IMG/VR virus record: IMGVR_UViG_3300000976_000011 | Location: 64,001 to 128,000 of that record | Origin: a virus | Direction: 5' to 3' (one strand) | Length of the DNA: 64,000 nt | Shown here: positions 35,415-46,915 of the stretch, piece by piece | Position numbering within the stretch: position 1 is the stretch's first letter | How the letters are laid out: each line of letters begins with the position of its first letter | Translations under genes and position numbers: made by a program | The notes under the pieces: generated by a model | Seen by the model: the letters and a program-made list of their open reading frames with translations, nothing else | What the model was told of the DNA's origin: nothing | Database searches by the model: none

Positions 35415-37147
35415 TGGCAAGAGAATTTAATGTTTCTGATTTAGACTATGATCAAATCAGAAACAACCTAAAAATATTTTTAGAAAATCAATCAGAACTT
35501 TCTGATTATAATTTTAATGGATCAGTTTTATCTAAATTGGTTGATTTTATGGCTTATGGTGCGCACTATAATGGTGTATATGCGAATCAAGCTATTAATG
35601 AAACATTCCTAGACACAGCGTTAATTAGATCTTCGGTAGTATCTAGAGCAAAAGAATTAGGCTATATTCCTAGACAATATACTGCAGCATTTGTTGAAGT
35701 TACTATATCAGTTATTGTACCTATAGGTGATCCTAGAACTGTATTTGAAATTCCTAAAGGTATAACATTTAATGGTGAACGAGATGGTAAAAATGTACCT
35801 TTTGTCACAACAGAACAATTTGTTTTAGATAATAAGATAGATAATACATTCTCAGGAGTTATTACACTCAGACAAGGTAATTATGTAAAAGATTCATTTG
35901 TATTTAATTCAACGGAGGTTAATCCTCTTTTTGAGGCAACGCCAGAATTAATAGATACTGAATTTACTCAAGTTGAAATATTACCTTTTGTTGGTTCCGC
36001 ATCAAAGGAAATTTTTACAACATCTACTAGCATAGTTGAAATATCTTCAGATACTCCAGTATTCTTTTGGCAAGAAAGCATTAACGGCGACGTTCAGTTT
36101 TATTTTGGTGATGGCGTAATAGGTCGCTCCCTAGATAATGGTAATGAAATATGTATAACAACTTTAGCGACCACAGGTTCTGAAGGTAATAATGTAAATT
36201 CTTTTAATGTTGCTGAAAATATTAATGATATTAATAGATCAAATATTTCTATTACTCAAAGTAATGTTTCTAGAGGTGGTTCTAATAGAGAATCAATTGA
36301 AAGCATTAGAAATTTAGCACCTAGATTATTCTCAGTTCAGGATAGATTAGTCACTTTAGAAGATTATAAAGCTTATATAACTAAAAACTTTGGCAACATA
36401 CAATCTCTAGCAGTATGGTCTGGTGATGAAAATGTTCCGCCGTTTTTTGGAAGAGTTTTCATGTCAATAAAGCCTGATAATTCAGATACTCTATCGAATT
36501 TTGAAAAAGATAAAATTTTAAGAGGAATAGCCGATAAAATAGTTACAGGAATATCAGTTAGAATTGTTGATCCTGAGTTATTGTTTGTTAACGTTAATAG
36601 CACTGTTACGTATGATAGAACACAAACTAACTTTTTTGCTGAACAATTTGAAAATATCGTGACTCAATCTATAGAAGATTTTTTCGATGATAATATTAAT
36701 GATTTAGGTAATGATTTAATTTATTCAAGACTAGTTTCAAATATAGATAATTCAAATGACGCTATTGTAGGAAATCTAACTAGTATTTCATTAAGCAAAA
36801 AATTTATTCCTAATTCATTAGGAACAACATACGTTTTTGATTTTGTAAATCCATTACAACCATTATCTTTTAATAGTAATGTTTGGACTGATGGATTTAA
36901 CTCTTTTCGCCTAATAGAAAATCAATCAGGTATAATAGATTTATATAGAGATAATATTTTACTTAACTCTGAAGTAGGAACAATCAATCATGATACTGGA
37001 TTAATTGAATTTAGAAACTTTAATCCTAGCATAAATATAAATGAACAAATTACACTAAATGTTAATCCTTTAACAAATGATATAACATCTCTTAGAAATA
37101 ATATTTTAGTAAGAGATAATATTTTAGTATCAGTGATCGAGCGATAA
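35414..37147 (+). CDS. gp6: Baseplate wedge subunit
   Basis: LDYDQIRNNL, DYNFNGS, NETFLDTA..RSSVVSRAKELGY.P, FGDGVIG, ESIESIR..AP, Q.R.VT..DY. Confidence 0.95.
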   Translation: MAREFNVSDLDYDQIRNNLKIFLENQSELSDYNFNGSVLSKLVDFMAYGAHYNGVYANQAINETFLDTALIRSSVVSRAKELGYIPRQYTAAFVEVTISVIVPIGDPRTVFEIPKGITFNGERDGKNVPFVTTEQFVLDNKIDNTFSGVITLRQGNYVKDSFVFNSTEVNPLFEATPELIDTEFTQVEILPFVGSASKEIFTTSTSIVEISSDTPVFFWQESINGDVQFYFGDGVIGRSLDNGNEICITTLATTGSEGNNVNSFNVAENINDINRSNISITQSNVSRGGSNRESIESIRNLAPRLFSVQDRLVTLEDYKAYITKNFGNIQSLAVWSGDENVPPFFGRVFMSIKPDNSDTLSNFEKDKILRGIADKIVTGISVRIVDPELLFVNVNSTVTYDRTQTNFFAEQFENIVTQSIEDFFDDNINDLGNDLIYSRLVSNIDNSNDAIVGNLTSISLSKKFIPNSLGTTYVFDFVNPLQPLSFNSNVWTDGFNSFRLIENQSGIIDLYRDNILLNSEVGTINHDTGLIEFRNFNPSININEQITLNVNPLTNDITSLRNNILVRDNILVSVIER

Positions 37148-39060
37148 TGTCAGATAAAAAAATAAGCTTATTTGTAAATCAATTTATTCCTAATTTTATA
37201 GTTAGGGAGCACCCTAAGCTTGTAATGTTCTTAAAGAAATTTTTAGAATATACAGAAAGATATAATGAAGTCATTATATTTGATATTTTAAATATATATG
37301 AGGGCGATTATGATCCTGAACAAAATGGATTATTCTATCAAGGTCAATATATAAATATAGACTTTTTAGATACTGAAGTTGATAGAATATTAGATCTAAA
37401 GGGTAACTTAATCAAGGGTGAAACTAGTGGCGCTATATATTTAGTTGAAGACGTAGTATTTTCTACATTAGATGGCAAATATATTTTAAAAGCTAGAGCA
37501 AACGCTGGAACATTTTTATTAGAAGGTGAAAAAGTTGCACAGGTTGATATTGGCGAATATACCAGAATATCTAATTTGATTTTATATAGAGATATTGATG
37601 AAACTATTGAAGAATTTATAAGTCTACATACCACAGAATATCTATTTGGTATTTCTTCTAATATTTCAACAGATATTAAAAATCTTATTAAAAATATTAG
37701 ACAATTCTATCGATCTAAAGGAACTGAACAATCATTTAAATTTTTATTTAGAGCAATATTTAATGCAGAAGTAGAATTTTATTATCCTAGAGATGATATT
37801 CTTAGGGTTTCAGATGGCAAATGGTTTCAACCATACTTTTTACAGCTTGTTGATGATTCAAATATAAATGATTTTAGAAATTTAAGCATTAGAGGAACTA
37901 CATCAAATACTAGAGCTGACGTCGAGAGAATCGTATTAGACTTTAGCAATGACTCTGTTCCAGATGTTCCTATTGATGTTCCATTAGGAACAGGAACTCA
38001 AGTAAGTCCTACTGAAGTATCATATGCTGATATAGATGGTAATGGAACAAGTATGACTATTACTATTACTGGTAACGGCGATACACTTCAACTTGTTGCG
38101 GATGGGGTTATAATAAATGGTTTTAGCGGATCTGATGTAGTAACAGTAACATTAAGTGCTGGTGAATTTTCAACACTTAGTTTTACTAATGAGGGCCAAA
38201 CTGTTGATGTTTTTAATTTTACTCCTGTGTTACAAAATGAACAATTTCCAAATGGTTCAGGTTTTGTCAACGGAGCTGGCGGTTTTCAATTAGCAACAAA
38301 TGGATCTATAAATGCTGAATTAAGTATTCCTGGTCCTACTTTTTCTTTCGATCATTCTGGTTCTCCAGGTAGCGGATTGAAAATAACAACAGTAAGTGCT
38401 GAAAATACTGGAGGCTCTGGAGGCGGAGCTGGTTCAGGTGGCGGCAGCTCTTCTAATGATCCGCCGATGTTAGAGGTTACTATTAAAGAGGGTGAGTTAA
38501 TTGAAGGAGAAACTATTGTTGATGTTAATTCCAATAGTTCTATTTCAGGTGTAATTCAAACTATAACAGAAAAACCTGGTAGATGGCTTAATAATGATGG
38601 AAGATTATCATCAGATAAAGTATTACAAGATAATTTTTTCTATCAAGATTTTTCATATGTCTTAAGAACTGAAGTATCTATAGCGCTATTTGAAGATTTA
38701 GTTAAAAAATTAATACATCCTGCAGGCTTATTATTGTTTGGTGAATTTGTTGCTGCTGATGAAGTGATATTAGAAGTCAATATTACAATTTTTAATTCTA
38801 CTATTGTAATAAATACAGAAACTGAAATATTAGAAGTAAATTTAACTCAAGAAAATTCAGCAAATATATTACAAGAATTAGCTTCAGAATTCTTTGATAC
38901 TACATATAGAAAAATAGATGAAAATAAAGAAGATTATCCATGGGCTCAATTGTTCGATACTATTGAACAGTTTGATAATGTTGATTTAGCACCATTTGAA
39001 GATAATCCAGATGATCCTGCGTATTTAGTTCCAGAATCTACTCTAATAATAAATAATTAA
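37147..39060 (+). CDS. gp7: Baseplate wedge initiator-like protein
   Basis: IKNIRQFYRSKGTEQSFKFLFR, LRVSDGKW, QDNFFYQDFSYV, HPAGLLLFGE. Confidence 0.75.
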   Translation: MSDKKISLFVNQFIPNFIVREHPKLVMFLKKFLEYTERYNEVIIFDILNIYEGDYDPEQNGLFYQGQYINIDFLDTEVDRILDLKGNLIKGETSGAIYLVEDVVFSTLDGKYILKARANAGTFLLEGEKVAQVDIGEYTRISNLILYRDIDETIEEFISLHTTEYLFGISSNISTDIKNLIKNIRQFYRSKGTEQSFKFLFRAIFNAEVEFYYPRDDILRVSDGKWFQPYFLQLVDDSNINDFRNLSIRGTTSNTRADVERIVLDFSNDSVPDVPIDVPLGTGTQVSPTEVSYADIDGNGTSMTITITGNGDTLQLVADGVIINGFSGSDVVTVTLSAGEFSTLSFTNEGQTVDVFNFTPVLQNEQFPNGSGFVNGAGGFQLATNGSINAELSIPGPTFSFDHSGSPGSGLKITTVSAENTGGSGGGAGSGGGSSSNDPPMLEVTIKEGELIEGETIVDVNSNSSISGVIQTITEKPGRWLNNDGRLSSDKVLQDNFFYQDFSYVLRTEVSIALFEDLVKKLIHPAGLLLFGEFVAADEVILEVNITIFNSTIVINTETEILEVNLTQENSANILQELASEFFDTTYRKIDENKEDYPWAQLFDTIEQFDNVDLAPFEDNPDDPAYLVPESTLIINN

Positions 39061-39082
39061 ATAAACTCAAAAGAATAAAATT

Positions 39083-39892
39083 ATGGCAACAGTTATACTA
39101 CAAGATCATAGATCTTTATATTTAGAAAATATATTAAATACATTTATTGGTTCGACTCCTAGAAATTTATATCTGGGAATTGGTCGAGTAGCATCTTGGC
39201 CAAATGAAGCATCGCCACCTATACCTGTAAATACAATAGATGAAAAATCAGATTTCTTTAATGATATTATTGCTGCTCAATTAGTTACGCAAGCTAATAT
39301 AGCGGCAGTTGTCAGAAGAATAGATTGGTCTGTAGGAGCTAGTTTTGATTTATTTGACGATGATTCTGATGCATCTTTTACTACAAATTTTTATGTTAAA
39401 AATTCAGAAAATAATGTCTATAAGGTAGAAACTAAAATTCCTGGTTCAGTCACGGTTAATGAACCATTAGGAACAGGCAACGGCGCACCTATAGATACAG
39501 CTGACGGCTATACTTGGTCATTTCTTTATAATATTGAAGGAACACTTGAAGCTCTAATAACAAATAACTGGATGCCAGTAACATATGATTCAACAGTAAC
39601 TACTGAGCAAACTGCTGATGGCGACCCAATGGCTTTTAGAACACTAGGAACTAATCATATGATTATACAAAGTCAAGTATCTGATCCAGTTATATCAGAA
39701 TCTATAGTTTATAGACAGTTGGCTTTGTTAGTTGATATAACAAATAATTCTGATGTTCTATTAACTGGTTCCGCAGAATTAGCTGCTAACATAAAAAATT
39801 CTGGATATATGTTACATATTGAAAATAGAAAGCCGATTGCTAGAGATGCGGGCCAAACAGAAACTTTCCAAACAATTTTAAAGATATTTTAA
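39083..39892 (+). CDS. gp8: Baseplate wedge subunit
   Basis: YLGIGR..SW, RRIDW, FYV.NS..NVYK, TADGYTW.FLY, ENRKPI.R..QTE. Confidence 0.88.
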   Translation: MATVILQDHRSLYLENILNTFIGSTPRNLYLGIGRVASWPNEASPPIPVNTIDEKSDFFNDIIAAQLVTQANIAAVVRRIDWSVGASFDLFDDDSDASFTTNFYVKNSENNVYKVETKIPGSVTVNEPLGTGNGAPIDTADGYTWSFLYNIEGTLEALITNNWMPVTYDSTVTTEQTADGDPMAFRTLGTNHMIIQSQVSDPVISESIVYRQLALLVDITNNSDVLLTGSAELAANIKNSGYMLHIENRKPIARDAGQTETFQTILKIF

Positions 39893-39951
39893 TATCAGAC
39901 TGGTGATATAAATATTAAAAAGAAATGAAATCTATATAACGCTGGTAATAA

Positions 39952-42900
39952 ATGTTAGATACTAATCAAGCTCCATATTTTAATGACTTTGATGCATTAA
40001 AAAACTATTTTGAAATTTTATTCGTTCCAGAACGAGCTGTTCAAGCGCGCGAATTAAGCCAAATTCAATCTATTTTACAGAATCAACTTAGACAAAATGC
40101 ATCTCACTTCTTTAAAGATGGCTCAAATATAACAAATGCTTCAGTTTCTGTTTCATTTAATCAAGATGTTGTGGATTTAAATGCTACCGATGTAAACTCT
40201 AATGCAGTAAATATAGATGAATCGTGGGTTGGTCGGGTTTTCGTTGGCCAAACTTCAGGAGCAACATTTAGAGTTACATCAGTAGACTCTACTCTTAGAA
40301 AATTATACATTCAACCATTAGCTGGTACTTTAATCAATGAAAATATTGATATTGATCCTATTCAAGATTCGGCTTCTCCTACCACTCTTTTAGGAACTAT
40401 TAATAATATTGGTAAAGCTATAAAAGCTACCAATGATCCAGGTATCGTATTTGCCAATGGTTTCTTTATTCAAACTAGTCAACAGGAAATTATAGTTCAG
40501 CAAGATGGCGTATCAGGAAGTCATGTTATTGGATTCGAATTTGAAGATTCATTTGTTACTGAAGGAGAAGATGGAAGTCTTGTTGATCCAGCAAATGGTT
40601 CACCTAATCAAAATGCTCCAGGTGCTCACAGACTTAGAGCTGAATTAGTTCTGTCGTCTTATGAAGCATCCGGCGAAATTCCAGATGAATTTTATGCATT
40701 TGTCACTATTGAAGATGGAGTTATAGTTTCAACACATAATGCAGTTCAATATGCTGATATTATAGATTTATTAGCAACTAGAACATTCGATGAGTCTGGT
40801 GATTATACTGTTAGTAATTTTCCACTTATTTTAGAAGATAATGTAAATGACGAAAGTAAATTAGATTTAGTCTTAGAACCAGGTAATGCCTACGTTCAGG
40901 GTTATAATTTTAGAACAATTTCTCCTCAAACTATTACTATAGATAAACCAAGAACTACCAATTTATCGAATGCCGCCAATATATATTCTAGCTTCGGTAC
41001 ATTTTTCATCGTAGATTCTATGAGTGGTGGTCTGCTGGATGTTTCTAGAAAGCAACAAGTAAGATTATTTTCTGATATAGATGGTAATGGAACTGAAATA
41101 GCTCCTACCAACACTATAAGAGTTATGAGTTTATATGAAATTAATTCATCGCTTAGAATATATCTTTCGGGTATAGCAGACTCTCAAGCTATTTTTTCAT
41201 CAGTAAGATCTATTACTTCTATTGATGGTGCTAAAATAGTTAATATTGATACTAGAGCATTAGAGCAAGATAGATTAACAGGTACAGTTGAAGAGTCATT
41301 ATATGGTATTTCACCAAATCCTGCCGCTATATTATTTCTAAATAATGATAATGTTTCTGATGTTGTTTTAAATGATACAAATTTCAGGACTCAAAGATCA
41401 TATATTGGCTATACTAATAAAGTAGGTAATGATTTTGTTATAGATTCAGGCGATCAATTCACAGATTTCGCTGCCACTGGTGGTTCATCAGCCGTCGTTG
41501 CTGTTTTTGATTCAATTTCGGGCGCAGATTTAACATCTACAGCTTTAGCTAGTGTGAGTGGACCGGATTTTCAAACATTAACACTATCTAATATATCACC
41601 AGCTATTACTTCTATTGATGTTATAACATCACAAATAACAAAAACTAATACTGCTGCTAATCCAAAGACAAAAATTATTACAGAAGTACCAGCACAGTTT
41701 GTGACGGATGCTAATGGTAATACAACACTAACTAATGTTGATATCTTTGAAATAGTATCTCTTATAAGAGATCCTTCAGGGGCAGCAGAAGTTATCAATG
41801 TTAATTCAATTAATTTAAATAACGGCCAAAATGATTTCTTTTATGATTTTGGTAGTATTTCTGGATTAGCAGCAAATGAAACATATGATATAGTATATAG
41901 ATATTTCGCACACTCTGGAACTGGAGATTATTTTTCAGTAAACTCATATATCAACGCGACTAATCAAGGTTTTTATGCTGATATCTATTCAAGGATTTAT
42001 AATTATAGAAGTCAAGATGGTTTATTAGATTACCAGATAAGTGATTGCTTAGATTTCAGAAGATCAGTTAATGATCTTGCATCTGGAACGGATATTGTTG
42101 CACCAGAAAGCGCTTTATTTTTAGATTACAATTACTATTTACCTAGAGTTGATAAAATTTATATCACAACTGAAGGAAACTTTGGAGTAACTAATGGTAT
42201 TCCTAATGATTTCACAGATGAACCCAATGATCTACCAAATTCATTAACTCTTTATACTTTAAATCTTCCTGGATATACTAGAAATTCTGAAGAAGTTCTT
42301 GTCAATTTAGAAGATACTCAAAGATATACTATGAGAGATATCGGCCGATTGGAAAAGCGTATTGAAGATTTAGAATATTACACAGCACTATCATTAGTAG
42401 AAAATGAAACGAATTCTTTGCTTATTTTAGATGCTGATGGTAACAACAAATTCAAAAATGGTATATTAGTTGATTCTTTTCAAGACCACTCTATTGGTGA
42501 TACATTATCGCCAGATTATTTAGTTGCTATTGATGAGCAAGAACAAGAAGCAAGACCTACATTTACTGTTGACTCTATTGATCTTATAACACAGCAAGAA
42601 GCATACTTAATAGGCGGTAATGATTGGCCTAATCAGATTAATAATATCTCTGTTAATGAGAATACTTTAACATTAGCTTTTACACCTACAGTAATGATTG
42701 ATCAGCCTAGAGCTAGTGAAACCATTAATGTAAATCCATTTAATGTTTTCGTGTGGTATGGAGATATTAAGCTTGTTCCGCCATCAGATAATTGGATTGA
42801 TACGGAATTTAAGCCTTCTGTAACAGTTTCTATTGATGGAAATGTAGATGCTTTTAGAAGAGCAGCTAATTTCATGGGAACTAAATGGAACTCGTGGAAT

Positions 42901-45186
42901 ACTAATTGGTCTGGAACTACAACTAAAACTTCTACAGAACGTAGAGTTATTAGTACATCTGTTGATAGATCAAATTGGAGACAAGGTCCTCATGGTACAT
43001 GGTTATCTAATGTTTCTTTAGTTGAAAGAACAAGACAGACAGTAACAACTAGAAAGGATAGACAGAGCCGAACTGGATCAAGATTAAATGTCGGTTCTAA
43101 ATGGGTAAAAAGAGATTTAGGTACCAGAGTAGTCGATACTCGTGTCGTGCCATTTATTAGAACAAGAAGTGTTACGTTTAACGCAACCGGTTTTAAACCT
43201 AATACACAATTAGTTGCTTTATTTGATGGCGTTGATGTTACTAATAGTTGTACATCTACTAATCCAACGAATCCTACTGGTACATTGATTACTGATGCTG
43301 CAGGAGCACTTATTGGTAATTTCGTAATACCTGCAGGCCAATTTAAAACTGGAACTAGAGATTTTGTTCTTATAGATGATGTTAACAATCCAGGAACAGA
43401 AAGTAAAGCGACATATACTGCTTCAGGTTTATTACAAACTAAAGAAAGACAAATTTTATCTGTTGAAACTCCAGTAGTATCAACAAGCACATTTAGTGAA
43501 ACTAGAACATTAACAAGCTCTAGTTCTAGATCAAGTACTCAAATTACTCAAGAAAGAAGTAGACCATATGATCCTATTGCTGAATCATTTTTCGTAGATG
43601 AAGAAGGTGGAGTATTTATTGATTCAGTTGAAGTTTATTTTCAAACTAAAGATTCAAATATTCCTGTATCTCTAGAAATAGTAGCAAATGATAATGGTTA
43701 TCCATCTACATTTACTTTACCATTTGCTAAGACTACTTTATTACCAGCAGATATTAATGTTTCTACTGACGGTTCTGTTTCTACTGAATTTAAATTCAGT
43801 GATCCTATATATTTAGAGCATTTAGCCGAATATTCATTTGTTATGAAGTCTAATAGTAATAATTATAATGTCTTTGTAGCTAAGACAGGCGGTATAGATT
43901 TATTAACAAATAAAGTTATTTCTGAGCAACCATATATTGGTTCTTTATTTAAATCTCAGAATGCTTTTACTTGGAATGCTGATCAAGAACGCGATATTAA
44001 ATTTAAAATTAATAGATGTCAATTTGATATTAATCCAACTAATATATTTTTCCAACAAGTTGCGAATCCTGTAGATCAAAATTTTACAGCATTTATGCCT
44101 AATATAGATACTTTAGAAGTTGATGGAACTTCAACTGACGTTTTCTTTTCGGTTGCTGCTTCAGGTGCTTCTAGTTTGTCTACTGCTGGGTATTCTCAAA
44201 TAACAAATAAAGAAAATATCGAATTAAGTAATCAAACTACATTTAATTCAGATACATCGCCATTAAGAATGATCGTTGGTATGATTACTGATAGAGAAAA
44301 TATTTCTCCAGTTGTTCATAGATACAGAAATTCAGCGATCGTTATTAATAATTTTACTCAAGTTGATTCAGGTTCAGATTTATACGCTGGAAGTTATATT
44401 TCACAAACGCCAACTTTAGCTGATGCAGCAGATGATCTTAGATTGTTAGTTGATGTTGAAAAAGAAAACGGTTCAGATATTGAAGTGTATTATAGAATTG
44501 GAGAAGTTGTACCTAAATTTGTAGAATATGATAATGCTAAAGCTCCTATTAGAGAATTCGAAGGAAAAAGATTATATGTTTATCATATAGCTAGTGATCT
44601 TTCTGTGTCATTACAAGGATCTGTTATTTCTACTAATATAAATTCAACTGATTCTAGATTTTTTGTTAAACAAATATCTAATATATCTTCATTTATAAAT
44701 CAGGCAGACTTTGTTGCAAATGGTTTAATTGCTGGTAACGGCGTGATAGTAACTGATGATACAGAATTTGATGGACAGACTTATGAAGTATGGGATGAAA
44801 ATGCTACATATGATAGAGTTGAAGATAATAATAGAACATCATTTGTTTTCTTCGATAATAAATTCTGGAAATCTAATTTATCTAATAACACAGCTGGTGG
44901 TAATACATCTTTATCACCTGGTACAGGATTTGCTTGGAGTGAAGTACAATTTCATACGCTAACTTCCATTTTACAAGATAATGTAAAGCAAACTTGGCAG
45001 CCTATGGTATTAGAACAAGAGATTGATAGCTCGGTCGATACAACAAGATATAATGAATATTCTTATGTACCAGAAGACGATATTAGAGAAGAATTTACTC
45101 AATATGCTGTTCGAATTGATTATAGAACCAATGATGCAGCTAGAATATCTAAGTGTAAAGAACTTAGAGTTTTAGCTTTATCTTAA
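39952..45186 (+). CDS. Large virion structural protein (DUF4815/VrlC-like)
   Basis: PYFNDFD, VQARELSQIQSILQNQ, APGAHR, RTFDESGDY, YTMRDIGRLEKRI, FKNGILVDSF, DPIAESF, GSLFKSQN. Confidence 0.85.
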   Translation: MLDTNQAPYFNDFDALKNYFEILFVPERAVQARELSQIQSILQNQLRQNASHFFKDGSNITNASVSVSFNQDVVDLNATDVNSNAVNIDESWVGRVFVGQTSGATFRVTSVDSTLRKLYIQPLAGTLINENIDIDPIQDSASPTTLLGTINNIGKAIKATNDPGIVFANGFFIQTSQQEIIVQQDGVSGSHVIGFEFEDSFVTEGEDGSLVDPANGSPNQNAPGAHRLRAELVLSSYEASGEIPDEFYAFVTIEDGVIVSTHNAVQYADIIDLLATRTFDESGDYTVSNFPLILEDNVNDESKLDLVLEPGNAYVQGYNFRTISPQTITIDKPRTTNLSNAANIYSSFGTFFIVDSMSGGLLDVSRKQQVRLFSDIDGNGTEIAPTNTIRVMSLYEINSSLRIYLSGIADSQAIFSSVRSITSIDGAKIVNIDTRALEQDRLTGTVEESLYGISPNPAAILFLNNDNVSDVVLNDTNFRTQRSYIGYTNKVGNDFVIDSGDQFTDFAATGGSSAVVAVFDSISGADLTSTALASVSGPDFQTLTLSNISPAITSIDVITSQITKTNTAANPKTKIITEVPAQFVTDANGNTTLTNVDIFEIVSLIRDPSGAAEVINVNSINLNNGQNDFFYDFGSISGLAANETYDIVYRYFAHSGTGDYFSVNSYINATNQGFYADIYSRIYNYRSQDGLLDYQISDCLDFRRSVNDLASGTDIVAPESALFLDYNYYLPRVDKIYITTEGNFGVTNGIPNDFTDEPNDLPNSLTLYTLNLPGYTRNSEEVLVNLEDTQRYTMRDIGRLEKRIEDLEYYTALSLVENETNSLLILDADGNNKFKNGILVDSFQDHSIGDTLSPDYLVAIDEQEQEARPTFTVDSIDLITQQEAYLIGGNDWPNQINNISVNENTLTLAFTPTVMIDQPRASETINVNPFNVFVWYGDIKLVPPSDNWIDTEFKPSVTVSIDGNVDAFRRAANFMGTKWNSWNTNWSGTTTKTSTERRVISTSVDRSNWRQGPHGTWLSNVSLVERTRQTVTTRKDRQSRTGSRLNVGSKWVKRDLGTRVVDTRVVPFIRTRSVTFNATGFKPNTQLVALFDGVDVTNSCTSTNPTNPTGTLITDAAGALIGNFVIPAGQFKTGTRDFVLIDDVNNPGTESKATYTASGLLQTKERQILSVETPVVSTSTFSETRTLTSSSSRSSTQITQERSRPYDPIAESFFVDEEGGVFIDSVEVYFQTKDSNIPVSLEIVANDNGYPSTFTLPFAKTTLLPADINVSTDGSVSTEFKFSDPIYLEHLAEYSFVMKSNSNNYNVFVAKTGGIDLLTNKVISEQPYIGSLFKSQNAFTWNADQERDIKFKINRCQFDINPTNIFFQQVANPVDQNFTAFMPNIDTLEVDGTSTDVFFSVAASGASSLSTAGYSQITNKENIELSNQTTFNSDTSPLRMIVGMITDRENISPVVHRYRNSAIVINNFTQVDSGSDLYAGSYISQTPTLADAADDLRLLVDVEKENGSDIEVYYRIGEVVPKFVEYDNAKAPIREFEGKRLYVYHIASDLSVSLQGSVISTNINSTDSRFFVKQISNISSFINQADFVANGLIAGNGVIVTDDTEFDGQTYEVWDENATYDRVEDNNRTSFVFFDNKFWKSNLSNNTAGGNTSLSPGTGFAWSEVQFHTLTSILQDNVKQTWQPMVLEQEIDSSVDTTRYNEYSYVPEDDIREEFTQYAVRIDYRTNDAARISKCKELRVLALS

Positions 45187-45199
45187 AATAAATATAATT

Positions 45200-45415
45200 A
45201 TGGTAGACACTTTAAAAAGAAACTCAAATAACGTAGGATTAATTGCTAAAGATAGTGAAGCCTACGTTAATAGAAAATCTAAAAAACAATTCCAAAAGGA
45301 TGTTATTTCTAGATTAAATAATATAGAACAAGAACAGAAAAACCAAGAAAAATTATTAATGACTATTATTAATTTAGTCTATAATATAGATCAAAATCTT
45401 AAAAAGGATAATTAG
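45200..45415 (+). CDS. Small coiled-coil virion-associated protein
   Basis: Late promoter 5 nt upstream; follows the DUF4815-like gene. Confidence 0.65.
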   Translation: MVDTLKRNSNNVGLIAKDSEAYVNRKSKKQFQKDVISRLNNIEQEQKNQEKLLMTIINLVYNIDQNLKKDN

Positions 45416-46915
45416 ATGCCAACACCTTTAGTAAAAAATGATACTTTTCAAACTTTCAGAGAAGTTGTTAATGAAATTATAGCGAATGCTGAAAATAATC
45501 CATTAATAGAGAGAAGTATCACAAGTCCTTTATCTTCAGATGTAGATTATACAATAGGAGATTTTTGGATTGAAACTGGATCCGTTAACAGATTATATAC
45601 TTTGGTTAGTCTAACAGGCGGTTCAGCACTTTGGCAAGTTGTTTATAGCTCTGACCCAGAAGAAACCCGAAACTTTCTTGACGTTTATTCTAAATCAGAA
45701 AATGATTCTATAACAGATAACATAATTGCATCTTTAAATGAAGGTGGTTCGTTCATCATTAATGATTTTAATGATGACGCTTGGGTTGGTACTGTTATTA
45801 ATGGCGGAACTCCATTACATGATTTTTTCAGTGCAAACTTTAGTCAACCGATTAATAATAATGGATATAGTGGCAATATTGCAGTTAAAACTTCATTATC
45901 TAATCAATTTGGAGGTTCTTGTGTATATAATATTAAATCAGGATCCACTATTTTATCAACATCGTCTATAAATGCTTCGGATTTAATAGAACAACCTAAC
46001 TTATCTTCTTCGCCTTTAATAGAAAATCATCAAATAATTTTATTAGAATTGAATATACCTGAAGCTAATGTTGATGATGCATTAATTCTTGAGTGTGTTA
46101 TATCAGGAACTATATTTATTGAATCGGTCGAATTATTTCCTATTGCTAACAATTTTTATCCAAGCGCTCTTGATAAAAGATTCGCTGATATCGATGCAGC
46201 TTTTTCTCCTTTAGATGAAATAGAGCTATCTTCAGCGATTGCTTTTGGTGTAGAACAGGTAAAGCCAATGGGCCTTGTCAATATTAGATGTATCGACTCT
46301 GCAAATCACGGTTTTTTAGCTATAAGTACATTTAGAAATGTTAATGTTAATATATTTTCTGACAGTATAGGAACAGTACGATCATTAGCTGCTCCTGGAA
46401 CAGGAGACGGGGGCGTTGAATTTATAGATTCGATAGTAGAAATAACTGATATTCGATTCCGAGATTGCACACTCTTTACAACCACTGATTGTAAAATTAC
46501 ATTTAGAAATTCTTCATTGTTTCAATCAGGATTCACTAATAATGCTCAATTCCATTTTATTGGCGGAAGTTTTATATTAAATGGCGATCTTATAATTTCG
46601 AGAACGGCCTCGGCCACGCCGTCGGTAAGTACTGCTGGACTTATTCTTGATAATTGTCGAATATTGGAGGGCGCATTGGGCGCCGGAACATTAACTATTA
46701 CTTCTCAGCTTTTAGATGGTATATCTATGATAAATTGTTTAGGGTACTTTAATTCTGTAAGTATTAATAAAAATGCAACCAATCCAAAAATAGGAGTATT
46801 AGCTCAAAATAATACTTTAGTTTCAATAGGTACCTTTAATGTAACAGGCGGCGGTGTGACCTCCTCACCTACTGTAAACACATTCGGTAATAATGGGTCA
46901 AGAATTTCTACTTAA
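45416..46915 (+). CDS. Tail fibre/spike-like protein
   Basis: N-terminal DTFQTFREVVN adaptor-like motif; C-terminal beta-helix-like repeats. Confidence 0.6.
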   Translation: MPTPLVKNDTFQTFREVVNEIIANAENNPLIERSITSPLSSDVDYTIGDFWIETGSVNRLYTLVSLTGGSALWQVVYSSDPEETRNFLDVYSKSENDSITDNIIASLNEGGSFIINDFNDDAWVGTVINGGTPLHDFFSANFSQPINNNGYSGNIAVKTSLSNQFGGSCVYNIKSGSTILSTSSINASDLIEQPNLSSSPLIENHQIILLELNIPEANVDDALILECVISGTIFIESVELFPIANNFYPSALDKRFADIDAAFSPLDEIELSSAIAFGVEQVKPMGLVNIRCIDSANHGFLAISTFRNVNVNIFSDSIGTVRSLAAPGTGDGGVEFIDSIVEITDIRFRDCTLFTTTDCKITFRNSSLFQSGFTNNAQFHFIGGSFILNGDLIISRTASATPSVSTAGLILDNCRILEGALGAGTLTITSQLLDGISMINCLGYFNSVSINKNATNPKIGVLAQNNTLVSIGTFNVTGGGVTSSPTVNTFGNNGSRIST

